The notes under the pieces are model-generated. The model was not told where the DNA came from. It was given only the letters and a program-made list of their open reading frames with translations, and did not search any database. A stretch of 52,618 bases of DNA, filler included, from Porpidia crustulata (lineage: Eukaryota), in assembly GCA_964255105.1 (NCBI GenBank). It is 3 parts of 3 records of this genome, joined end to end, with 100 filler letters (N's around TTAATTAATTAA, not from the genome) between each part and the next. Parts side by side here need not be neighbours in the genome. Positions count along the whole stretch, not along the records: positions 17,604 to 35,091 come from CAXUWE010000218.1; 2 more parts are not named here. One strand, given 5' to 3'. Below are positions 23,923 to 35,191 of the stretch, piece by piece (position 1 is the first letter of the stretch; every line of letters starts with the position of its first letter). The position numbers and the translations under genes are program-made.

Positions 23923-26900
23923 ATGCAAGTAGCTTCGTCACAAACCCAGGCATCGGGTCCACAGGGCGCATACTCAATCGATCCATCACCCGCGTCACGG
24001 CGTCAATACTTGCAGCAATCTCCTCAACCAGGCGAGTCCCCCCGCGCTCAATCGAGTACAAGGTCAGGTAACTCACCACACTCTTCAAAACGGCCGTCAA
24101 GAAGACCCAGCGAGAATGCACCACAATTAGGCAATGCAGAAAACGTTCAATTAGCACCATACCAGTCTCCCCCAAGTGCTTCCTTCTCCGCACCCAATAC
24201 ACCTCGCGGTCAGGATGCATTGATGGCCAACCAAGCCACCCCACTGCCTTCTTCCAATGTGGTCTCCCATCCCTATCAGCAGTCCCGGAGAGAAGGAAGA
24301 GGTCAGCAACAGGGACAATCGGGTCTGCCGTTTGAGCTCCCACCAAGAACTTCTTCCAACCAGAGAGGTCAAAGTGCAGACCCATCGTCGAATCCAATTT
24401 CAACCGAGAGAACGGTCCCGCACAGATCCGTCAACCGAACAGTCGACGACCGTCCTCCGTCTTCTCGTACAGCCAATACAAGCAGTGGGCGAAACCCCGA
24501 TGATAAAGAGAGGACATATACTGAAAGTCGTATTTCCGGCAACGAGCGCGATGCAGTGCCTGACGGACCCTCCACGACAGCAGCCGTGGCTCGATCGCGG
24601 CGGAGGGGGCCAGCGTCCCCTGAGGGACCACAACGAGCAATTAGTACTCGAGAAGCAGGCGCACATCAATCACCTTCCGCAGTTCAGAGTCGTTCGGCTT
24701 CGAGCGTAGCTGCTACTTCACCTCCTGCGAGGCCTCCGAAAGAAGCCAACCAAATAATCAACCGTGTTGTGGTGACAGACCCGCAGATTGACATTGAACG
24801 AGAGCAGGAGCGACAAGCAGAGGCAGTTCCTGACCTGGGACGACCGGGAATTGCAAACGCTGATGATGAAGGAAGAGGGACAGGACAGCGTCGACAGGAC
24901 TACTCCGCAAGTGCTGCCCGACGGAAAGACACAAAGTTTGGCGAATACGTACTGGGACAGACTTTAGGAGAGGGTGAGTTTGGCAAAGTCAAGCTAGGCT
25001 GGAAGAAAGATGGCAGTGTTCAAGTAGCTATCAAGCTCATCCGGCGAGAAAGTCTTGGAACGAACCCTAGTCGACTGCCCAAAATTTATCGGGAGATATC
25101 CATACTTCGTGAGCTTTCACATCCAAATATCGTTCGTCTACACGAGATGGTTGAGACCGATAAATACATCGGTATAATCCTTGAGTATGCCTCGGGTGGC
25201 GAATTATTCGACTACATCCTGACACACCGATATCTAAAAGATCATTCGGCTCGTAAATTATTCGCACAGTTAGTGTCTGGCGTGGGCTATCTACACAAGA
25301 AGGGCATTGTTCATCGGGACCTCAAGCTTGAAAATCTCCTCCTAGACCGGAACCGGAACATAATAATCACAGACTTTGGATTTGCTAATACCTTCAATCC
25401 CCGAGAAGAGCTGAGCGACGAGATTGAATACAATCTAACAAGCCGTGAATATGTCAAAAGGCATGATCTTGAACGGATAGTCAATGGTAGCCGGAAAGGA
25501 GATTTGATGCAGACGAGTTGTGGGAGCCCGTGTTACGCGGCTCCTGAACTTGTTGTGACGGATTCATTGTACACAGGACGGAAAGTGGATGTCTGGAGCT
25601 GTGGGGTCATTTTGGTGCGTCCTTTCTCAGAAACGTTGTTCCCGGTCTCTAATAAGTGAACAGTATGCTATGCTTGCCGGATACCTCCCTTTCGACGATG
25701 ACCCTGCGAATCCTGAGGGCGACAACATTAATCTTCTTTACAAATATATCGTCTCCACTCCCCTTACGTTTCCGGAATATGTCACTCCGCATGCTCGTGA
25801 TTTGCTCAGAAGGATTCTGGTCCCGGATCCAAGAAAACGAGCAGATCTATTTGAGGTTGCTAGGCACAGCTGGTTGAGCGAGTACGCACATGTGGTTTCT
25901 CATGTGACAAGTAGTACGACAACTGTCGGTGAGATTGCAAACACCACGATCACTTCAGGTAGGGACTCCATTCGGCGATCATTTATTCCACTTCATATAG
26001 CAACTATCATATCTTGTATATCTTGCACCTATCAAGCTGACCTCATATCGACAGACCAACAAGATGCTCCTTTACTAGCGCGCAGTGCCTCTGTAAGGGA
26101 ACCAACGAAAACACAGCCTTCCAACATGTCTCCTGTCGGCGGATTGACTCATCAGGGCAAGATGGACCCTGACCAGTCGGCAGACAGATCAAAGCCACCG
26201 CGGGATAAGAGGAGAACTGTCCAGGTCGAGTATGTTGCACCGCAGTCACAGACAATAAGGGGGGAAGGAACTCCATCGGTGCAATCACCAGCCACGGCTG
26301 GATCTGCTTCGGCTGCAGCACCTAGCTCGTCGAAGGCCCGTGCGAGAGCTGGTAGCGAGGGCCGCGAAGATATACGACAAACCAGCGCAGCGACGGCAAC
26401 ATCGAAGCCTTTGCCCCAAGAGCCATACATTACCGACAACTTGTTACCCTACCATCCAGGATTTGCCGGCTCTGCGAGAAGTCCGCAACGATCAGGTGGC
26501 CCCCAATCGGTCATGGCTCCACCTGCTCGACCAGCGAAAGATGTACCTCGATCGGCATCTGATTACGGTGGCCTTTCCGACCCACGCTCTGCGTCGACTG
26601 TAGCAAGACCTAATACTGGTGGTTCCATGTCTTCGGCTGGCAGGCTACCGTCTCGAGGAAATTCCTACAGTCAGCCTCTTGCTCCGACAGTAGCAGCTAC
26701 GAACGCACAAGGACGACTTGCGCAGCCCAAAAACGGCAAACAATATTATATTTCCAGCCCCATCCCCCAAAATCAGTATTACCGTCAGGATGATTCCATG
26801 GGACGCCCAAGCACTCAGCAGTACGAGCAGCCACTTACTCTGACATCTCGACAAGACCAATCACGCGGTCACAAGCGATCGAATACTTTAGGTAGCGTCT

Positions 26901-27823
26901 TCGGTAAGTCCGGATCCTTCTTTGGCAGCCGATCACAAGTGCCTCAAGATTCCGTCAAGCCGCAGCAAGAGAAGAAATACCCTCCTACGAGCATGAAGGC
27001 TCCCATTGCCTCTGACAGTCCACGTCAATCTATCGAGTCTCGCCGTTCTGGCTCCTTTGGATTTGGGCGTAAGAACAGCGATCTGAATAAATACGGAGAC
27101 TCTAGGAAACAAGAAAAGCCTAGAAGGTTTTCCCTTTTACCTGCATCGTTCTCATTCAAGAGTTTTACAGGAAGTGCGAAAGATCAGTCTACTGAGAATA
27201 TACTGCCGGTGTCTGAGCGTCGGCCTTCAAATGTCAACGTGCCGCCCCCAAGTAGTCGAGGACAAGCTCGACCATCTACCATGGCGTATGGTAGAGGCCA
27301 GAGCAGGTCCAATAGTTTTAGAAAAGAGGAAAGTGCGCCCGAAGTATATGATGGTTATGATGGACAAAGGGAGCGTACCCGAGAAGATTCTACACAACAA
27401 GGGAGAAGGAGCAACGCGCCGTCGCGGTCCGCACCTCAAGTGCAGCAGAACCAGTATAGCAGTACGCAGTACACCTCCCAGCGTGAAGCTTACGCTCCAC
27501 TTCAGCCGCCTGCAGGCCAGTCATACCTATTGGGCGAATCCGGTACTCCAACCGAATCCGAAATCTCGCTCGGTATGGGCCAGCAACGGGGCCCGTATCC
27601 CCCAGGCTTCGGTGAAACCGACGATGAACCTCGTCCATCGATGCAGCAAAACCGGGGAGGGAGAGGCCCGAGCGTTCTGCAAAAAGATAACCGAAGGTTC
27701 GCGGACGCCTATGAGCAAGGGCAGGGCGGAGCACACCACGCCGGAAGCTCGGGGGCGGCAAAGCGAGTCATGGATTTTTTCCGTCGGCGGGGCAAGGCAC
27801 GAGCTGGGGATGAACGGGTTTGA
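23923..27823 (+). CDS. Ser/Thr kinase, CAMKL Kin4/KfsA-like
   Basis: GEGEFGKV, VAIK, HRDLKLEN, DFG with a long activation-loop insert, TSCGSPCYAAPE and GYLPFDDDPANPEGDNI. The C-terminus reads SSGAAKRVMDFFRRRGK. Introns at 25615-25663 and 25959-26054. The start is uncertain. Confidence 0.9.
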
Positions 27824-29067
27824 AATTTCACTTGAATGTCCACCTCGGACCATCGAGCCATGGCTCCGGATCTTCTTGCGCTTCTCTACAGCATCAATTA
27901 ACAGCATTTGGCTTCTTTCTCTTCGAATTCTGGATAGCACGTTCGGTCTGTTGTACATTCCCGGCGCTGGCTGTTGTTTACGCTCCTGGGGGCTTCTTTA
28001 CGGTCGGGGCGTCTTATCCTGTCAGATTCGAGATGGGAGAAAGCGAGAAGTGGGAATCCTTCCACTGCTTGGACTTTCCCACTAGTAGACGTTGAGCAGG
28101 AGGGTTGAGCGAAAGCATGGTAATGGGGTGGTTTTACTTAGCGGTAGACTGCTGCGGTTTTTGTGATACCAGTGGGGTCATTAGAATTAGGGACATAGCT
28201 TTGGGTGAACAAGCGCACAATGTGACTGAAGCTTGTTTTCGCCGAGTCCAGTGGTGCAGTATTTCTGCATAATGACTTTCTCCACTGCAGCCCCCTCTCC
28301 GCATCAAATGGTACTTTTGATTTGTTGACATGGTAAAGCCGTTGAGGAGGGATTTTCAATTCGGACCGATTGACGGCGACACGTGACGTGGTGATGATTT
28401 TCTTCCCGTCCCGCCATCTGCACCCCGCAAACATTTCGCAACATTTAATTACTAGCGAACTCGGCAAAACATTCGCAATGAGGGGTAAAGGAGCTAAAGT
28501 CTCCTTCGGAATCTTCCATGATTGGCTCAATCGTCTTGCATTTCAAATATTGAATTATTGTTAATTTGAATATTATCAACCACTACTCCATCGAGGCAGA
28601 AGGTAGAAGCTGAAAGACCGTCAATAAGACTGCTGTGAGGAGCAACGGGCAAAGGTGCGGACAAAGGCACGACTCGACCAATGATACCTTGATCTAGCCG
28701 ACAAGTATCCCATGCAAGGGAGGATTTCCTCATACTCTTCAACAAAAGATGGTGTTTAGTATGCCGATGGAGAAACCTTGTTTCCCATGGCTCACCACCG
28801 CATCCTTCCTAATCCAATTTGCTACAACGGTCCGTCGACCTAGCCATGATGCGGTGGGTGGAACTCCGTCATAGCTTGACAAGCTATAAAAGGTACACGA
28901 TGGAGTCCCTATTGAGAGGCCTCGAGTACATCTTTCTTTGCTCCTCATCAGCTTCGAACGCAATCAAGGTCTTCCAGATTGCCCCAATCTTTGGCTGTGC
29001 GTATATCATCTTTGTCCTTGCACATACACTGGGCTGGCTGAAGCTACGCCCTGTGCAAGGTGCAGTC

Positions 29068-32000
29068 ATGTTTACTTCGCCATTGTCCATCGTCAATGCG
29101 TTCATCTTCCTTACCTTGCAGCTCAGCAGAGTCACTTATGGCGCAAGCACGAGTACTACTTCAACCGCAGGCAGTAATGGAGCTGGAGCGACGTCCATGA
29201 CTTCTCCGGCTTCGACAACAGCTAGCGGGACTACATCATCCTTCCGGACCTTGTTTACCGTACCGCCATCCGCTTCTGTCGGCGTCACCTTGATCCCCAA
29301 TATACTTGACCCTAAGGCGGTTGATGCCCAGTCCGTATGCCCGGGGTACCTTGCCTCAAACGTGGTTCGAACACAGTACGGACTCACTGCGACGTTGGCG
29401 CTGTCCGGCAAAGCATGCAACCTGTACGGAACGGATATCGAAGTCCTGAACCTCACTGTACAATATCAATCTGCAGATCGGCTTTCTGTGAGAGTGGTTC
29501 CAGCTATTATTGACGCCTCCAACGCCTCTCATTATATTTTGCCAACCAATCTAATTTACCAACCCACCATAGACGCTGATGCCAACAGTACGATCCTAGA
29601 AAATGACCTTCAGTTCGTCTACAGCAATGAGCCGACTTTCTCATTTTCAGTCTACAGAAGGTCGACGGGAGATACTTTGTTCTCTACTGCAGGCACCAAG
29701 CTTGTGTTTGAGAACCAATTCGTGGAGTTTGCCAGCACCCTACCTGAGAACTACAATCTATATGGTCTCGGGGAAACCATTCATGGCTTGAGGCTCGGCA
29801 ATAATTTTACGAAGACCATGTACGACGCTGATGTTGGAAATCCAGTTGACTAGTAAGTCTTCCGCCCCTGGCCGCCAATAAGAAGGTTATCTAAACGTCT
29901 TGTAGCAACATCTACAGCACGGATCCCTTCTACCTTGACACAAGATATTATGAATCCGACTCTGCAGGTAATCTCACACTCGTGACCAGCAATACTACCA
30001 ATGCCACCAGTAATTATGTGTCATACTCGCATGGGGTGTACAATCGAAATGCTCATGGTCAGGAGATATTGCTGCGTCCGACTAATATCACATGGCGCGC
30101 AATTGGTGGAAGTATCGATCTGTACTTCTATGCAGGACCAAGTCAAGCGGAGATCACATCGTCTTTCCAGAAAAGCAGTATTGGCCTACCTGCGATGCAG
30201 CAATATTTCACCTTCGGATTTCACCAGTGTCGATGGGGTTACCAAAATTGGTCTCAGCTACAGGAGGTGGTCACCAACTATGAGAAATTTGGTATTCCAC
30301 TGGAGACCGTATGGTATGTTAGCTCCGCCACGATCTTTAGGTAAAAGCTTAACCCGAACCAGGACTGATATCGACTACATGAATCAATATCGCGACTTTG
30401 ACAATGACGCAATTAGATTCAATTACTCCGTTGGCGAGACATTCTTGAATGCTTTGCATGCATCTGGTCGTCACTACGTTCCTATAATTGACTCGGCAAT
30501 CTACGTCCCAAATCCCAACAATGCGAGTGATGGGTATGCTTGTTACTTTTTCAAGTCTCCAACTATTCGGATACTAATATTTATAGATATACAACATACA
30601 ACCGTGGAAATGCGTCAGGTGCATTCATGACGAACCCTGATAGTAGTCAATATGTAGGTGAGGTGTGGCCTGGATATACCGTATTCCCAGATTGGCTCAG
30701 CGCTGGTGCTGGACCGTGGTGGACGAATGAAGTGGTGACTTGGCATAACAAGCTCAACTTTGACGGCGCCTGGATCGATATGTCTGAAGTCTCGTCATTC
30801 TGTGTTGGGTCGTGTGGGTCGCAAAACATCACCATGAACCCCGTACTACCGGGTTTTCCTCTAGGGGCACATGTTTATGGCTATCCGGAAGGTTTCAACT
30901 TGACCAATGCCACCGAATACGCCGCGGACATGTCCGCTTCTTCTAGTGCAGCAGCAGCCACTCCTACTCCGAGTTCGGCATCTTCCACCTCACCTGTTTA
31001 TCTTCGGACGACACCAACGCCAGGCGTTCGAGACGTCAACCACCCCCCGTACGTACTCAACAATGGTCAAGGTGACCTCGCCATCCACGCAGTCTCTCCC
31101 AACGCTACTCATGCGGACGGAACCCAGGAGTACGACCACCATAACCTTTTCGGCCATCAGATACTCAATGCTACCTACCAAGCCCTTCTTCGCGCTATTC
31201 CAGGAAAACGTCCATTCATCATCGGCCGCTCCACCTTTCTCGGTAGCGGCCAATTCGCTGGCCATTGTAAGCATGCTTTCTGTTCTCCTTTCTCGATCTG
31301 AAAGAACGCTTGAGATGAATATGTCTCGGATAAACTCCGATGGTGTTTCCAGTGGTCTCTATGCTTTACCATCATTGTACTGACTTCGTAATTCGCAGGG
31401 GGTGGCGATAATACTGCCCACTGGCCAGACATGTACTTTTCCATCCCACAAGCCTTTCAATTTTCCCTTTTCGGCATGCCAATGTTCGGCGCCGATACCT
31501 GCGGCTTCGCCGGTAATACTGACGAAGAGCTGTGCTCGAGGTGGATGCAAATGTCCGCGTTCTTCAGGTATGCCTTCCTCCCTTTGTTCGGTACCGGGGC
31601 AATCATTAACTTTTTCCAGTTTTTACCGAAACCACAATGTCGCAGGTGCCATTTCTCAGGAGGCATATATCTGGGCATCAGTCATCGATGCCTCGAAAAC
31701 AGCAATGAATATCCGCTACCAACTTCTTCCATACATTTACACATTATTCTACCTCTCGCACACCACGGGTAGCACGGTCATGCGCGCCATGGCGTGGGAA
31801 TTCCCCAACGACCCTTCCCTTGTCGCAGCAGACCGCCAGTTCTTCCTCGGCCCAGCCATTCTCGTCACCCCCGTCCTGAACCCGGGTGTCAAGAGCGTCG
31901 ACGGCGTCTTCCCCGGCGCAGGCAAAGGCACCGTTTACTACGACTGGTACACTCAACGCGCCGTCGACGCAGCGGCTGGCCAAAACATGACCATCCCCGC

Positions 32001-32442
32001 GCCTTTGGGTCATATCCCCGTCTACATCCGAGGCGGACATGTCCTGCCAACCCAAGAGCCCGCACTCGTGACCCGTGACGCACGCAAGAACCCCTGGGGC
32101 TTACTCGTGGCTTTGAATCCCGAGGGCGCCGCCAGCGGAAGCTTGTACATCGACGACGGTGAATCCCTGATCCAGAACTCCACACTTTACGTCGAGTTCA
32201 CCGCGTCGAAGGGTACATTGTCCGCGTCGGCGCGGGGCACGTACATGGATTTGAATCCGTTAGCCAATGTGACGGTCATGGGCGTACAGCACACTGTGAA
32301 GAAGGTCACATTGAACGGGAAGAACCTGCCGGGAAGTTGCGTTAGTTACGACGAGGCCGCGAAGGTGCTACGATTGACGGGGCTGAATGACGCGACCAAG
32401 GGTGGGGCGTGGATGGCGGATTGGATCATGCAGTGGAGTTGA
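29068..32442 (+). CDS. Secreted GH31 alpha-glucosidase
   Basis: Signal peptide and S/T linker, GFHQCRWGY, TDIDYM, nucleophile motif WIDMSEVSSF, acid/base motif GHWGGDN, GADTCGF and FYRNHN. Five introns at about 29853-29905, 30314-30362, 30534-30587, 31268-31397 and 31568-31619. Confidence 0.95.
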
Positions 32443-32997
32443 GACGAACAAGGTGGAGGGGAAAGTAGAACGGGGGCAGAGGGAAATGAAAGGGTGAAGA
32501 GGAGGATGTACATAGGCTTCACGAAGGTAAAAGAAAAAGAAACGAAGTGATGGCGGTAAAGGTACAAAAATCTTATATTCCAATAGAGCATTTTGGGTAG
32601 AGCAACAATCCAAGAATTTCCTTCAAATTTACATAAAATCTCGTTGGCTGGACTGTGTGGCATTAGTTGATCCTCCTGTACGTACGTATGTGAGGTATGA
32701 AGCAATGCGCTACGGCCCATGATGCATGACGCCATTGTCGGTTATTGTTGCATTCGATGCACCACTTTGCCTTCTTTATTTTCCACTTTGACAAATTTCT
32801 CGAGGCTGAATGTAATTGAGTCTCGTGTACTGCTGGTGTCCCCAGGCAGACTGCCAAAAAGGTCCTATGGCTGCAGAGTCAGACTTCTTCTGCTTCCGGT
32901 CGATGTGACATCAATTTCATATTCAAAGGGGTACACACACAGCCAGGACGACTTGACGTTGTGGTAGTGCTTGACCTACAGCATTGCAGCCGTCGCC

Positions 32998-34026
32998 ATG
33001 ATGTACTTCTCAGGCCTTCCCCCCGATATTCTTCTAGAGGTCATCGAGCTTATGGACGTACCGACGCTCTTGAATCTTCGTCTTGTCAGCAGGAGTACTC
33101 GTCAACTCATCGATGCATACGAGGCCTCGCTCAGTGCCGCCGTCACCCAGAATTACCAATGGATCGTGAATTTCGATTATGACGCTCCAGACATTCGAAC
33201 CAGCTCGATCAAGCAGTTGCACCAGTTTGCTCGTTTGGACCTCATCCGCGAAGTAGCCTCGCATGAACAGGCGCGACCGATGACGTCGATGTGCACCAAC
33301 ACGTATCCCTTGGCTCTTGGCGAAGAGTTGACTAGACGGCTTACGCATGGCATTGCAATCTATCGACGCTTCCTCGAAATCACAAAAGCTGCGCAAGAGA
33401 CGGAGATCCAGCAGAGGAAGTCGGTGCCGTTGGGATGGTTATCCCTATCGCTGAATACCCCAGTCGTCGTGGAATTCAGCCATCGTGACTACGTCAAGGG
33501 TCTTTCTTCCGCAGACATCTTCAACTACGTGCTTCTCTACTATTTTGTCGAGAGGTTCTCCTTCCCCGCCCTGCCCTGCCTAGTCCGCCACAAAGGCAGC
33601 AAAGCCTCGGCCCCTACATACATCAACGCACCGGATGACGACAGCGTCGCATCACCATCAACCTCAGCAATACGGAAGAAAAGGCCCACGTCGCCAATCG
33701 GCCGCCTTGCAACCCTTCCCAACAAAATCGCCCAATTCCTCTCCACGCCCCTCCACATCGACCACTACAAATCCCAAATCCCCAGCCGCAAGCGCCCGCA
33801 ACCGTATTCTCAATCCCCAGCGCCCGAGCAGGCAACGGGCGCGCTCCCCAAGCAAAGAGGTTGCAAGGCCTCGGGTTGTAGCATCAAGGGGCCGCTGCTG
33901 ATGTACAACAAGATCCGTGTGCTGCGCGCCGACGAGCTCCGCCGGCCCAAGGAGTTTTTACAGGAGACGATTGCGTTCACACGGAAGCTGCTGGCGATGA
34001 CGGAGAGAGATGCTACGGCGTCTTAG
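32998..34026 (+). CDS. F-box domain protein (C-terminal region unrecognised)
   Basis: The N-terminus FSGLPPDILLEVIELMDVPTLLNLRLVSRSTRQLI matches the F-box consensus. Intronless ORF of about 340 aa. Confidence 0.75.
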   Translation: MMYFSGLPPDILLEVIELMDVPTLLNLRLVSRSTRQLIDAYEASLSAAVTQNYQWIVNFDYDAPDIRTSSIKQLHQFARLDLIREVASHEQARPMTSMCTNTYPLALGEELTRRLTHGIAIYRRFLEITKAAQETEIQQRKSVPLGWLSLSLNTPVVVEFSHRDYVKGLSSADIFNYVLLYYFVERFSFPALPCLVRHKGSKASAPTYINAPDDDSVASPSTSAIRKKRPTSPIGRLATLPNKIAQFLSTPLHIDHYKSQIPSRKRPQPYSQSPAPEQATGALPKQRGCKASGCSIKGPLLMYNKIRVLRADELRRPKEFLQETIAFTRKLLAMTERDATAS

Positions 34027-35091
34027 GTTGCGGATGCAGTGTAGTCGAAGGGCAGCGGACGGGATTAAATGGGATGAGTCGCAGATGACCTTTCTTGGGG
34101 GGTCAATGGGAGTTGCTGGATACCCGCTCAGAACAGCTGCGCAAGCTTGCCGTCCCGTCGACTTCATTCTCCAGCAACCTCAGTGGACTTCACCTCCCAA
34201 CCCACTTCAAAGCCCCTCCGAAATTGAAGAAGTCACCAGACCCGCGTCTGAAAGCCAACATAAATGTACTGCGAACGTGACCCGCCACAGCAAATACACA
34301 CAAGCCCCCCAAAAACCAGAATCAAGCGCAATGAGGTAAGCCTCCCTTTCCCTATCCCCTTCGGAAAATGAAAACCCAACGCATGCTAACCCGCTGTAGA
34401 AGTCCAAGTGTAGCAACAAACACATTCGTCGACGCCGCCTCACCTCGTTGAAATGGAAGCCTACCCCCATCTCACTCAAGCATCAATATCGTCACTACGA
34501 TGTTTTAAGTCTTAGTGCTGCAATCATCATTTACATACTCTCAACATCATCTCAAAGAAACACACAAACACGAAAAATATTCAAGATCATCACAGCATAG
34601 ATACGCATAGCTTGATTTTAATTTTTCACGAAAACCAAGAATCGACGAACGTTGGGTTCCTGAGTTATTGAAATTGAAGGCTTTCCGTTGGCTCATCCAT
34701 TTAAGCATTAGATATTCCGACGGTTCGTGGGTTTGAGCCATCATTAGGGTAGATTCATATTATGGTTGAGTTTTTCGTGGGAAATGTGGGAAATGTAGAG
34801 CAGTTAGGGTAGTGGGTGGTGGGATCTTAATTCTGGTGCGGATGCGTTGCGACCGAGCGGGTATCATTGTCGCGTTACGTGTCTTGAGCGTAAAGCGTGG
34901 ATGAAGTGGCTTGAAGGGTTTGAAGGGATTTGAGGGGTTTGAGGGTGTGGGGATGATGGGTTGGATTGTTGATGTATTGTGAAGAAAGTGAGGGAATTAG
35001 CTAAAATGCTATGCAAATTATACACACAACCAAAACATCTCCATACCCTCTCATTCCATGGCATCCACAACATCAACCCACCCCGCCGCCC

Positions 35092-35191
35092 NNNNNNNNN
35101 NNNNNNNNNNNNNNNNNNNNNNNNNNNNNNNNNNNTTAATTAATTAANNNNNNNNNNNNNNNNNNNNNNNNNNNNNNNNNNNNNNNNNNNN
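35092..35191. other. Artificial assembly spacer N44-TTAATTAATTAA-N44
   Basis: Same linker as at 17504-17603. Confidence 0.97.

Noticed and set aside
27174..28085. 303-aa alternate-frame ORF overlapping the kinase C-terminus
   Set aside because: It has a GTG start, overlaps a GC-rich low-complexity coding region and shows no domain signal.
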